A DNA stretch of 64,000 nucleotides from Longimicrobiales bacterium (lineage in GTDB: Bacteria > Gemmatimonadota > Gemmatimonadetes > Longimicrobiales > Gaopeijiaceae): assembly GCA_965249725.1 (NCBI GenBank), contig OZ252251.1, forward strand, positions 672,001-736,000, written 5' to 3'. Below the pieces are notes generated by a model. The model was given only the letters and a program-made list of their open reading frames with translations. It did not search any database and was not told the origin of the DNA. Position numbers and translations under genes: made by a program. Shown here piece by piece: positions 27,702-37,593 of the stretch (position 1 is its first letter; each line of letters begins with the position of its first letter).

Positions 27702-29453
27702 ATGCGCCAGACCAATAGCCGACGGTCCGCTGGGCCGCGGAGATCTTACAGAATCCTAGGGGCCACGGTACTCGGCCTCTCCGTTCTCACCGGCCAGTTA
27801 CAGGCCCAGGAGATGGACCACAGCCAGCACGAGATGGAGATGGGTGACAGCCTGATGTGGACCATGCCTCCTCATCCCGTGTGGATGAACCCGGCCATGA
27901 TGGCGCCGTTCATGGGGATTCTCCCCGACGTCGAGCCGTTCATGCCTGGCTGGGAACTGGACATCATGACGTTGCCGGTCGCGAAGGCGCCCGAGGTGGT
28001 CCAGCTCGCATCAGGGGACACGCTCCGACTCGATGGCGGGATCCTACACGGAATGGTGGGCAGCCGGATGCTCAAGGTGTACGGGTTCAACGGCCAGTTC
28101 CCCGGACCGACGCTCAAGGTGCCCCAGAACGCGTCAATCACGGTGGAATTCACCAACAACATCGACTTCGCGACCACCCTGCGTTGGCACGGGGTGAGGG
28201 TGGAGAACGAGTACGACGGCGTGCCGGGCCAAACGCAGAGGCCGGTCCGCGTCGGGGCGACCTATACCGCGGAAGTCACGTTCCCGGATGCGGGCGCATT
28301 CTGGTATCATCCGCACCAGCGCGGGTACATCGCGCAGGATCTGGGTCTCTACGGTGCGATCCTCGTGGACTCGCCCGATCCCGACTACTACGCGCCCGCC
28401 AACTCCGAAGAGGTGCTAATCCTCGATGACGCCCTCATGACCGCGACGAACTGGGCTCCGTTCGGCCTGGAGGCCCCGACGAATGCTCTCATGGGGCGTT
28501 TCGGCAACGTGCTCCTGGTCAATGGACGTCCCGGCTTCAGGAAGGACGTCAAGAAGGGCGACGTCGTGCGGCTGCACCTGACCGACGCCTCGAACACCAA
28601 GAACTACAATCTCAGGGTCGAGGGTGACGTCCCGATGAAACTCGTTGCCGGAGACTTGAGCCGGTATGAGCACGAGCAGATGGTGTCCAACGTGATCATC
28701 GCTCCCGGGCAGCGGTACACCGTGGACACCAGGTTCGCCGAGTCGGGCGAGTACGCGCTCACCAACCGGATCACGGCCGTCGATCACTGGATGGGAGAGT
28801 ACTTCTATCAGGTGGATACGCTCGGTGTGTTCGTCGTCTCCGATGAGGAGACCGATCAGGACTACGGCGCGCAGTTCGCAGAGCTACGCACCAACGATGA
28901 CGTCGTGGCCGAGTTCGCGGCCGTGCGCGCCCAGGCGGGTCGCCAGGTCGATGAGGAACTCGTGCTGTCGCTCAAGGTCGGCGAGTTGCCGATCCCCGTC
29001 ATCATGATGATGGAGATGGATACTCTCTTCTATCCTCCGGTCGAGTTCAACGATGCCATGCCTATGATGAACTGGCTCTCCACGGGCATCGACGTCATGT
29101 GGCTCATGCACGAGCCCTCGCCCGGAGTGTCGCCTCGGGACCTCGGGCCGGCGGTCGGCTGGCGGTTCAAGCAGGGCGACATCGTCAAGATTAGGGTGTT
29201 CAATTCCCACGACTCGTGGCACCCCATGAGCCATCCGTTGCACCTGCACGGTCAGCGGTTCGCAGTGATCGAGCAGGACGGTGTGCAGACGGACAACCTG
29301 GTGTGGAGGGACACCATCCTGATTCCGGTGGGCACCACCATGGATCTTATGGTGGAGATGTCGAATCCCGGCACGTGGATGTTCAACTGTCAGATTCCGG
29401 AGCACGTGGGATCCGGCATGTCGATGAATTTCACGGTGGATCCGGTCAACTAG
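27702..29453 (+). CDS. Multicopper oxidase homologue with degenerate T2/T3 ligands
   Basis: FNGQFPGPTL, RWHG, WYHPH, HPLHLHG, WMFNCQIPEHVGSGM; Met/His-rich N-terminus. Confidence 0.88.
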   Translation: MRQTNSRRSAGPRRSYRILGATVLGLSVLTGQLQAQEMDHSQHEMEMGDSLMWTMPPHPVWMNPAMMAPFMGILPDVEPFMPGWELDIMTLPVAKAPEVVQLASGDTLRLDGGILHGMVGSRMLKVYGFNGQFPGPTLKVPQNASITVEFTNNIDFATTLRWHGVRVENEYDGVPGQTQRPVRVGATYTAEVTFPDAGAFWYHPHQRGYIAQDLGLYGAILVDSPDPDYYAPANSEEVLILDDALMTATNWAPFGLEAPTNALMGRFGNVLLVNGRPGFRKDVKKGDVVRLHLTDASNTKNYNLRVEGDVPMKLVAGDLSRYEHEQMVSNVIIAPGQRYTVDTRFAESGEYALTNRITAVDHWMGEYFYQVDTLGVFVVSDEETDQDYGAQFAELRTNDDVVAEFAAVRAQAGRQVDEELVLSLKVGELPIPVIMMMEMDTLFYPPVEFNDAMPMMNWLSTGIDVMWLMHEPSPGVSPRDLGPAVGWRFKQGDIVKIRVFNSHDSWHPMSHPLHLHGQRFAVIEQDGVQTDNLVWRDTILIPVGTTMDLMVEMSNPGTWMFNCQIPEHVGSGMSMNFTVDPVN

Positions 29454-29467
29454 GAGCGATCCGCTTC

Positions 29468-31903
29468 CTAGAAGACCGGCTGCCTGGCCTTCCGCACCAC
29501 GAAGAGCCCCTCTCGCATGCTCGTGAAGATGATCAGCCCGCTCTCGAAGAACGGGTAGTTGCTCCACGAACCGGCGAATCCGGGCGAGTTGTCTCCCACT
29601 GGAACGCTGTCGAAGAACCCGACCTCTCTCGGCTCGGCCGGATCCGATACGTCGAGGATCCTCAGTCCGCTCACATAGTTGGACTGGTACATGAACTGGC
29701 CGTTGACGTAGAGGTTGTGGTCGGACGCGGCGGTTTCGCCGAGATGCTCTTTGACCAGCACCGGATCGTCGAGGTCTTCGATGTCCCACACCAGCGTCCG
29801 TGTGCGCTCGACGAGGCCTCCCACCTCGTCTCCTTCGTCGTTGACGTAGAAGAAGCGGTGATCGTCCGAGATCCAGCCCTGGTGGACGTAGGCGGGGTTG
29901 GGGTAGACGGCCGTGGCGATCGAAACAGGATTCGACTTGTCCGAGACGTCTGAGATGCTGAGGGCGGTCTCGTTGGCGCCAAAGCAGACTTCCCTCCCGG
30001 CGTGATCCGTGTCGGGGCCCTGGTACACGAGACACTGAGCGTCGTGGCTGAACCCCGTCCCGTTGTTCCCGGTCTCGGTCTCGGAGAAGCACCCGGCGAA
30101 GACAGGGTTCGTCGGCTCGCGCACGTCGATCATATGCAGGCCGCCCCCACACGTCTCGCCCCCCATGCTCGCTCCGACCACGTAGGCGAAGCCCGTTTCC
30201 TCATTCATCACGATGTTGTGGGCGCTGAAGATGCCGTCGTAGTGAGCGGTCTCCTCGAACGTGACTGGGGCGTTCTCCACGTCACGCAACTGACGAAGAT
30301 CGAAGATCTGCACGCCATGTTCGCCGGCACCGTCGGCCACGATGAATGCGTGGTCGGCGTAGACCTTCACGTCACGCCAGAGATTCGTGCTGGCGCCCTC
30401 CGTGAGAGGAAGCTCTCCGAGGTACCGTGGATTCGTCGGGTCCTCGAGGCCTACGAAGGTCATGGCGTCCATGCGACCCACCAGGGCGTACTCGGTACCG
30501 GTCTGGGAGTCGGTCCACCCCCAAATGTCGTTCACCATGACCCCGCGGGCTCCGCCCAGGTCCTTGAGTGGCAGGAACGACACCAGATCGACATCGGAGC
30601 AGTTGAAGCCACCGACCGTGCCGGCGTCACTACACTCCTCGGGTGATCCGAGGATGCCGTCCATGCCACCGCCGTCGTCGATCAACGATTCGAGCACGGA
30701 CCACTCGCCGTCGGCGCTCGCGCGACCATATAGGCTGCCCATGCCCTCGAAGAAATCGGCTCCCGGGGCTCCCACGACGGCGATGTCTTCGCCGCCCGCG
30801 ATCGACACCCCCATGAACGACATGGCCGCCGTCATCGTCAACGCCTGGAGCTCCTGCCAACCACCGCCCGCCGAGGGGCGATACACGTAGGTGACTCCCG
30901 CCAGCGGAGCACCGACGAAGACATCACCGCCCGCACGGGCCAGTCCCATGCCGAATCCGGACTGGGGCGCCGGCGTGGACGACGTGATGGCATCGCCATG
31001 AACCCACTCCCCCGAGGCCGCCCTCTCGTACGTGTGTACGGCCCCGGCGAACTGGCTCGCGAGAGGCGCTCCGATAAGCGCTTGCTCCCCCTCGAGGACG
31101 ACCGACTGACCGAACATGCCGGGGCCCTCCTCTCCTGATATCACCCGGGAGCTCTCTACGAAGCCACCGGCTTCTAGCTCGAAGAAGTATGCAGAGCCGG
31201 ACAGCGGCGCGGTCGTGGCTCCCGGCACCAGCCCGGGGAACGGACCGGGCGCCCCGACCAGGAGGCGCCCGCCGTCGAAGGCCATGGCCGAGCCGAACCG
31301 CTCACCCGCTACGACCTCCGAACCCTCGATCGTGGCGATCTCGGTCCAAGCCCCGCCGAGCATGCGGAAGACCACGACGGCCCCGGCACCCTCCGCGTGA
31401 CCGGGTGCCCCTACGAGCGCGAAGTCTCCGCTGAGCGCAACCGAGCCTCCCAGTTCGTCACCCGCGGTGCGGGTCGCCGACCGGAGTACCGCTGCCTGTT
31501 GCCATGCTGCGTCTGCGCCAGACCGCCGGAAGACGTAGGCAGCGCCCCTGGCGTCATCGGTCTTGGGGGCACCGACGAGGAGTGTGTTGCCTGACGCGCC
31601 CAGGGCTTGTCCAAAGCCGTCCCCCACGGCGACCGAGGGCGACGTGACGACCGCCGCCTCGACCCACGTGCCACCGTTGTTCGCGAAGACGTTGACGGTG
31701 CCCGTGTGGTTCGGCGGGATGGGAAAGAACGGAAACTCGCCTGGACGGCCGACGAAGATCTCGTCGCCGTCGATGAACACGGCTGCTCCCAGGCCGGCCG
31801 CGCCCATGGGGGTGCCGTCCACTGGGGCGGTCTGAGCCATGATCGGGGTTCCGGCCAGCAAGAGGCCGAAGCCTGCAGCGAATAGACCTTGGGTGACTCT
31901 CAT
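29468..31903 (-). CDS. Choice-of-anchor B family protein with N-terminal FG-GAP repeats
   Basis: FG...LVGAP repeats; VNDIWGWTD, WRDVKVY, AHNIV, SHDAQC, YVHQGW, DHNLY, GSWSNYPFF; GAGGAG RBS. Confidence 0.85.
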   Translation of the reverse strand: MRVTQGLFAAGFGLLLAGTPIMAQTAPVDGTPMGAAGLGAAVFIDGDEIFVGRPGEFPFFPIPPNHTGTVNVFANNGGTWVEAAVVTSPSVAVGDGFGQALGASGNTLLVGAPKTDDARGAAYVFRRSGADAAWQQAAVLRSATRTAGDELGGSVALSGDFALVGAPGHAEGAGAVVVFRMLGGAWTEIATIEGSEVVAGERFGSAMAFDGGRLLVGAPGPFPGLVPGATTAPLSGSAYFFELEAGGFVESSRVISGEEGPGMFGQSVVLEGEQALIGAPLASQFAGAVHTYERAASGEWVHGDAITSSTPAPQSGFGMGLARAGGDVFVGAPLAGVTYVYRPSAGGGWQELQALTMTAAMSFMGVSIAGGEDIAVVGAPGADFFEGMGSLYGRASADGEWSVLESLIDDGGGMDGILGSPEECSDAGTVGGFNCSDVDLVSFLPLKDLGGARGVMVNDIWGWTDSQTGTEYALVGRMDAMTFVGLEDPTNPRYLGELPLTEGASTNLWRDVKVYADHAFIVADGAGEHGVQIFDLRQLRDVENAPVTFEETAHYDGIFSAHNIVMNEETGFAYVVGASMGGETCGGGLHMIDVREPTNPVFAGCFSETETGNNGTGFSHDAQCLVYQGPDTDHAGREVCFGANETALSISDVSDKSNPVSIATAVYPNPAYVHQGWISDDHRFFYVNDEGDEVGGLVERTRTLVWDIEDLDDPVLVKEHLGETAASDHNLYVNGQFMYQSNYVSGLRILDVSDPAEPREVGFFDSVPVGDNSPGFAGSWSNYPFFESGLIIFTSMREGLFVVRKARQPVF

Positions 31904-32048
31904 GTCTCGCACTCCTCGTAGGGATGGGGTCTAAATCTCGAAAAGCGGGAGGGATGACGCCATGGGTCTGTACGACATCTTCTTGCTCCTCGCCACTGCG
32001 GTTGGCACCTTACTTGCCGATCGTCTCTCATATCAGGAAACGAACCAC

Positions 32049-32498
32049 GTGACTCGACTGTTCGACCCGACGACGTCTTTGAAGCGAGGCACCTCGAGTC
32101 GCCTATGGGTGGCTCTGTCGATCGCGATCGTCATGGTGTTCACGCTCGGGCCCGATGATGCGGCGGCTCAGGCGGGTTCATCGATGTCGACTCAAGATGG
32201 AGTCTTCTCCGAGGCTCAGGCGCGAAGTGGGCAGGAGACGTTCGAGACCGTGTGCGCAGCCTGTCACGAGCCGTCCCAATTCGGCGAGGGCTTCATCTCG
32301 GCCTGGGCAGGCGCCACGGTCGGAGACCTCTTCGACTTGTTGAGCGCGCTCATGCCCGAGGATCAGCCGGGCTCCCTGGAGCCGGCGCAGTACGTAGCGG
32401 TCCTCTCCTACATCTTCGAGATGAACGGACTCCCTACCGGGCCCCTCGCGCTCGGTGAGCAGAGGGACGTCTTGGGCAGTATCCGCATCGAGAATTGA
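32049..32498 (+). CDS. Monoheme cytochrome c
   Basis: Signal/TM segment, CAACH heme motif, distal LMP. Confidence 0.88.
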   Translation: MTRLFDPTTSLKRGTSSRLWVALSIAIVMVFTLGPDDAAAQAGSSMSTQDGVFSEAQARSGQETFETVCAACHEPSQFGEGFISAWAGATVGDLFDLLSALMPEDQPGSLEPAQYVAVLSYIFEMNGLPTGPLALGEQRDVLGSIRIEN

Positions 32499-32560
32499 AA
32501 CCGAGGCGAACGGATGCCCCAGAGCGGGGTGACGAACGCTTCCTGAGAGAAGGAGTCAGC

Positions 32561-33205
32561 ATGCGAAATTTTCGTTTGATTCTTGCCGCCGTTCCGCTGG
32601 TGTTGCTGGGCTGGAGCCCTGCACCCGTTCAGGAGCCCGCGATGAGCTTCTTCCTCACCAGCGCCGGACCTGGAAACGGGGCCGACCTGGGTGGACTCGA
32701 GGGTGCAGACCGCTACTGTCGGATGTTGGCCCGGACCGTGGAGGGTGACGATGAGCGTGCATGGCGCGCCTATCTCAGCACGACAGGGCCGATGGGGTTC
32801 AACGCACGGGATCGGATCGGATCAGGTCCGTGGTACAATTCGCGCGGCGTCCGTATAGCGGACAACGTGGCAAACCTGCACAGTGACTCGAACAACCTCA
32901 CGAAGGACACGCAGCTATCCGAAAAGGGTGAGGTGATCAACGGTCGAGGCGACAGCCCCAACCGACACGACATCCTTACGGGCTCCCAGTTGGACGGCAC
33001 TGCCGCTCCGGGTGGAGACGACACGAACTGCTCGAACTGGACGAGTCAGGGAGAGGGTAGCGCTCTGGTGGGTCACCACGATCGCCAAGGTGGTGGTGCG
33101 AACCCAACGTCATGGAACTCCGCGCACGCCTCCAGAGGCTGCAGCCAGGACAACCTACAGGGCACCGGCGGAGATGGCCTCTTCTATTGTTTCGTCGGGA
33201 TCTGA
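32561..33205 (+). CDS. Secreted endostatin/C-type-lectin-like protein
   Basis: FFLTS..GADLGGLEGADRYC, WRAYLS, ARDRIG.GPW, CSNWTS, terminal LFYCF. Confidence 0.7.
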   Translation: MRNFRLILAAVPLVLLGWSPAPVQEPAMSFFLTSAGPGNGADLGGLEGADRYCRMLARTVEGDDERAWRAYLSTTGPMGFNARDRIGSGPWYNSRGVRIADNVANLHSDSNNLTKDTQLSEKGEVINGRGDSPNRHDILTGSQLDGTAAPGGDDTNCSNWTSQGEGSALVGHHDRQGGGANPTSWNSAHASRGCSQDNLQGTGGDGLFYCFVGI

Positions 33206-33437
33206 TTCCCCGATAGCGGAAGTGGCGGGCTCCTCTCTGGCGTACGTGTCGGGGGGGAGCTTTGCCGTACGTGTGGCCGTGGCCTTGGTGATTACGCTAT
33301 GCGTCCAGGCTCCGCTCGGGGCTCAGCAAGTCCTGGTCCCTTGCCCATCCTGCGGCCTGTAGGCTGGTGGCTCCGGACAACTCGCACGGACTCTGCTGGG
33401 AGCGAATTGTGTCCTCTGGAGAGGACGTGTGATCGGG

Positions 33438-35543
33438 CTAGCGAGAGGCCCGACGTAGGAGCGCGGCAGCGTTGGGAAGTGCAACGAGGGCCATTGTGGC
33501 TGCGGTCAACGTACCCAGGATGACGGCGAAGCCGAAGCGCCGGGTGGGTGGGAAGGTGGAGAGGGCGAAGATGCCGAAACCGACGCAAATGAGGAGCGTC
33601 GCCGCAAGTACCGGTTGAAGGATCTGACTCCTGGCGGTGGTCCAACTCTCGGTCCGAGCAAAGCCGCGGTCCCGCAGATGTCGCACTCTTACGACCAGGT
33701 GAATCATGGAATCCACTCCCATGGCCAGCGCAACGTTGGCTGCGGGAGACGTGATGATGTCCACGGCTATCCCCAGGTGGCCGAAGGTGCCGAGCACGAC
33801 CAAGGGGATCGTGGTGAGGCAGGCCACCATGACCAGTGCGTGTCGCGACGAGCGAGAGACGACGAGGGCCACGCCTACGAACAGGATCAGCAGCCCCCCC
33901 AACCCGATGCGAAGGCTCGACGCGATCAGGCGTCCCAGTTGTGCCTGCAGATCGTAGAGGCCCCCGACCAAGACGGGCTCCAGGCCCGCGTCACGGGCGT
34001 GATCCGTCAAGCGCTCGATCACAACGTCTCGCGAAGCTTCCTTCGCCGACTCTCGCATGCGAAGAAAGAAGAGCCCCTCGTCCCTCTCTCTGGTGACGAA
34101 GCTCAGTGCTACTTGGTCGAGGGCCGGGCTTTCCGCGATGTCCAAGAGGGTGCTCAGGCCCATGAAACGAGCGAGGGGCTGCAGCCGAGCGTGTCCGAGC
34201 AGCACGGGGGGTGACACGACCACTCCGACCGCCGAATCGGCTTCCAAAGCGTCCTGGAACGCCCACATGCGTTCGTTGACCACATCCTCGTCGATGCGCC
34301 CTCCCGCGGCGTCGCGGACGGCGATGTTGAGGGTGCTGCTGCCGCCGTCACGGTCGACGCGCTCGAGGCCCTCGCGCAGGCTCGATCCCTCAGCGAAGTA
34401 GGTGAGCAGGCCGGGATCGGTATCCAGCTTCGGCACGCCGACACCCAAGGCGATAGCGATCACAGCGATCCCGGCGAGCATGCCGGGTCGGGCCCTCCAC
34501 GGGGACTCTGGCGTGCCCGCCGCCGCCGACTCGTCGGGGCCGGGTCCCGGCATCGCCCCGCGACTTAAGAACGTCGGGTAGATCGTGTAGGCCACAACCA
34601 TGGCCGTAGCCGCGCCAATGGCTCCCGCGATTCCCAACTCCCTCAGCGGCCTGGCAGACGCCACGAGCAGGCTCAGAAAGCCCAAGAGGGTCGTTGCCAT
34701 GGACCAAAAGGAAGCCTCCACGGTCGATGCCACGGCATGACCCACCACTTCGTCGGCCGTAAGCGCTTCACCTCGGGTTCGTCGCCAGTTCGCTGTGAGA
34801 AACACGACGTGCGACAAGGTGAGCACGAAGACGATCGTGATGAGGTTGGCGGTGAGCAGCCCGATCTGTATGCCCAGGGACTGGGTCACCAACAAGGTGG
34901 CAGCGCACGCAGTGACGCAGGTCGTCAACGCCCCAATGACGATGGCGCCGTCCCGGTAGACGACTCCAGCCAGGAAGCCGTAGAGGAGGAGGGCCGCAAG
35001 GCTGAACACAACCAGGTCTCGAAACAGGTTGCGTCGAATCTGTTCGACGATGACCGGGACCCCTGACATCACCAGGCCGAGTTCCGGGGCCTCGTGGGCG
35101 TCGATCACTGTCTCCAGCCGCGGCAGCAGCACCTCTGGGTCGGTGCCGTCCGTCTGGAGGATGAGGTTGGTCGCGTTTTCGTCAGCCGTCAGCAGGATCC
35201 GCGAGAACAGGGGGCTCCTCGCAGGGGAGTCTGTGGTGATCGAGAACACGTTCACCGCGCCGTTCACCTCGGAGAGGGCTTGGGTCAGGTCGCTCACTCG
35301 TTCGCGGTAGAGGGCCGGATCGCCTCCCCGATCTGCCGCGCGGACCACCACTTGAGGCGGGGACGGATATCTGTGGTCGAGCTCGACCGACGCCTGGAGC
35401 TGAGGATCGTCGGCGGAAAAGAAAAAGTCCGTCTCGACCTTGGGCGACAGGTCCACCCACTGTCCGACGGCCAAGAGCCCTGCCGCCATCACCCCCAGCG
35501 AGCCCCATGGTGCGGTCGGGTGGGTCCAAGCACGACGGAACAT
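33438..35543 (-). CDS. MMPL/RND family transporter
   Basis: Two repeats of periplasmic loop + TM bundle; SMATTLLGFLSL, AMGVDSMIH; start uncertain (35543 or 35591). Confidence 0.85.
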   Translation of the reverse strand: MFRRAWTHPTAPWGSLGVMAAGLLAVGQWVDLSPKVETDFFFSADDPQLQASVELDHRYPSPPQVVVRAADRGGDPALYRERVSDLTQALSEVNGAVNVFSITTDSPARSPLFSRILLTADENATNLILQTDGTDPEVLLPRLETVIDAHEAPELGLVMSGVPVIVEQIRRNLFRDLVVFSLAALLLYGFLAGVVYRDGAIVIGALTTCVTACAATLLVTQSLGIQIGLLTANLITIVFVLTLSHVVFLTANWRRTRGEALTADEVVGHAVASTVEASFWSMATTLLGFLSLLVASARPLRELGIAGAIGAATAMVVAYTIYPTFLSRGAMPGPGPDESAAAGTPESPWRARPGMLAGIAVIAIALGVGVPKLDTDPGLLTYFAEGSSLREGLERVDRDGGSSTLNIAVRDAAGGRIDEDVVNERMWAFQDALEADSAVGVVVSPPVLLGHARLQPLARFMGLSTLLDIAESPALDQVALSFVTRERDEGLFFLRMRESAKEASRDVVIERLTDHARDAGLEPVLVGGLYDLQAQLGRLIASSLRIGLGGLLILFVGVALVVSRSSRHALVMVACLTTIPLVVLGTFGHLGIAVDIITSPAANVALAMGVDSMIHLVVRVRHLRDRGFARTESWTTARSQILQPVLAATLLICVGFGIFALSTFPPTRRFGFAVILGTLTAATMALVALPNAAALLRRASR

Positions 35544-35605
35544 CAGAGTGCCAAGACGGTCGAAGGGTGTGAATATCGTCGCCACCGACACAAGGAAGCG
35601 CTCAC

Positions 35606-36061
35606 GTGAGAGCCCACACAGTCATCCTCGTCCTATCCCTCGTATTGTCATGGCAAGCTCAACCCGCGGCGAGCCAGGAGGCCGAGGTACGGCAAGCCGT
35701 TACCGAGACGCTCGAGGCGTGGAGATCCGGTGACTTCGGGCGGTTCGCGACCTTCTACCACGCCGAAACCCGTGGGTTCTTTCTCGACGGCGGGGCACTC
35801 CTCGAAGGGTTCAACGTGGCGGCTCTCGAGGCCGCGTACAACACCGGATTCCGGGCCGAGCTGGACCTCGGCGAGGTGAGTGTTCGGGTGCGTGGCGACG
35901 TGGCGACGACGACGGCACTCCTGGAGGGGGCATTGACCATGCCCGGAGGGTCCACCGTGGAGGGTACGTGGCGCTACACGGACACCCGAGTTCTCGAAGA
36001 GGGGACATGGAAGGTCCTGCAATACCACTTCTCCGAGATGGAGGCTCCGGTAGGTCGGTGA
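35606..36061 (+). CDS. Secreted NTF2/SnoaL-like protein
   Basis: Signal peptide; EAWRSGD, RYTDTRVLEEGTWKVLQYHFS. Confidence 0.75.
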   Translation: MRAHTVILVLSLVLSWQAQPAASQEAEVRQAVTETLEAWRSGDFGRFATFYHAETRGFFLDGGALLEGFNVAALEAAYNTGFRAELDLGEVSVRVRGDVATTTALLEGALTMPGGSTVEGTWRYTDTRVLEEGTWKVLQYHFSEMEAPVGR

Positions 36062-36063
36062 CG

Positions 36064-36801
36064 TCACCGCATCCGGTCTTCGTCTCTCAGTGAGTTCCCG
36101 AGGAAATCCGCTGCGTAGTCGATCGTGCACATGGTCCGAAACGTGAAGTGAGGGCCGCAGGCTACGCCGATGAAGCGGAACTCGGGGCTGAAGATGTTGT
36201 GCCGGTGGCCCCGGTCGGGCACCCCGTCGTCGATGATCAAACCCATGACCACCCGGCGCGCTTGGTCCGGCCCGTAGGAGATGTTCTCGCCGACCACCAC
36301 GTCCCACTTGCCGTAGCGTGCGACCCGGTCCCAGGGCTTCGAGCCATCACTCCCGTCGTGACCGGTGGCACCCCTCGGCCCCTGGTCGAGAACGTGGTCT
36401 TCTGCCGCTCGCGAAATGCCTTTGGATGCCGTGAGGGGGGGCAGAGGGTTCACGTCCAAGAGGTACTGAATCGCCTCGGTCACCGCTTTGACCCCTTCCT
36501 GCGTGATCACGCTCGGTTCCCCCGGGAAGTGGATCATCTTCCCCTCGAACCGGCGTCCCAGGATGGCCAAGTGTTGGACGTACGCCTTGGGATTCTGCCG
36601 AGCGAGATTGTGCTCCTCGACGATCGCGTCCTCAAGGGCGCCGAAGCGGTCGTAGGGGGTGACGGTTGCTCCGGCCGCAGGCTCGTCAGCACGAGCGTTG
36701 TCAGCAGCGTTGGTAGCAGCGTTGGTAGGAGCGTTGGTAGGCGAACCGGTCACGGATAGGGCGCCCACGGTGGCCAGGATGACAAGAACAATGCGCGTCA
36801 T
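36064..36801 (-). CDS. CAP/SCP domain protein
   Basis: HNLARQNP, AEDH, GHDGSDG, GENISYG, GHRHNIF, GVACGPH. Confidence 0.85.
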   Translation of the reverse strand: MTRIVLVILATVGALSVTGSPTNAPTNAATNAADNARADEPAAGATVTPYDRFGALEDAIVEEHNLARQNPKAYVQHLAILGRRFEGKMIHFPGEPSVITQEGVKAVTEAIQYLLDVNPLPPLTASKGISRAAEDHVLDQGPRGATGHDGSDGSKPWDRVARYGKWDVVVGENISYGPDQARRVVMGLIIDDGVPDRGHRHNIFSPEFRFIGVACGPHFTFRTMCTIDYAADFLGNSLRDEDRMR

Positions 36802-36866
36802 GATGTGTCAACGTATACTGATTGCCTCAGATAGGTTCCTCGCACCGACGAGAAGGAGGGCTCCCG

Positions 36867-37499
36867 ATGCGACTACGCTGGACTGCGTTCGTCTTCGCCC
36901 TTGCCTTGGGGTTCGTGTTGGTCCAACCCGCTGAAGCCCAGAATGAAGAATCCACGCTCATTGCCGTGGGTGAGATGGCGCCGGACTTCTCGCTTCCCGG
37001 TGCAACCCGCTACGGAGTCCTCCAGGACCCGGTCCGCTTGTCGGATTTGAGGGGAGAGGTGGTGGTATTGGCGTTCTTCTTCAGGGCGCGAACACGTGGC
37101 TGAACAATTCAAATGGAAGCGTACCGTGATCAGTACGCCAGCGTATTCAGGGGTGGCCGAGGCGTAACCGTCATCGGCATCAGCGACGACTCCGCGGAGG
37201 AACTCGGTTCGTGGGCTGCCGACGCCGATTTCCCCGTCCTCTTCGCACAGGACGAGGGCCATGAGGTTGCCGAGGCCTATGGTCTCGGACTCCGTACGAG
37301 CGGTAACATCGCCTCACGATCGGTCATCGTGATCGGTCCGGATGGTAGGATTGCCTGGGTGACCGAACGGTTCCGTGAGATCGACCCGACGGCCTACGAA
37401 GAGCTCGGCGCCGAGGTTGAGCGCGTGGCTCCGGCCCTGGACGAGGGAGATGACGAGTCCATGGACGATGGACCTGAGGGAGCGGGTCCCGACTGCTAG
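36867..37499 (+). CDS. Exported BCP/PrxQ-like peroxiredoxin, selenoprotein (UGA 37101-37103 read as Sec)
   Basis: ORFs 36822-37103 and 37113-37499 share a frame; APDFSL..VVLAFFFRARTRG-U-TIQM..VIGISDD..RSVIVIGPDGRI; U sits at the TxGC peroxidatic position. Confidence 0.85.
37114..37140 (+). promoter_or_regulatory. Putative bacterial SECIS element
   Basis: GCGTAC-CGTGATCA-GTACGC hairpin; G at loop position 2, 23 nt after UGA. Confidence 0.65.
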
Positions 37500-37537
37500 C
37501 CCGGAGTGTCCACAGGGCGTGGACATCGAATTGAATG

Positions 37538-37569
37538 AGAGGGGTCTGGCCAGGTGGCCAGGCCCCTCT
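37538..37569. terminator. Hairpin between convergent genes (possibly bidirectional terminator)
   Basis: AGAGGGGTCTGGCCA / TGGCCAGGCCCCTCT. Confidence 0.6.
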
Positions 37570-37593
37570 TCGCTTGCAACGGCTAAGGGCGGG

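Noticed and set aside
33230..33362. Small secreted peptide (VAVALVITLCVQAPLGAQQVLVPCPSCGL)
   Set aside because: No clear RBS or start; probably a remnant or chance
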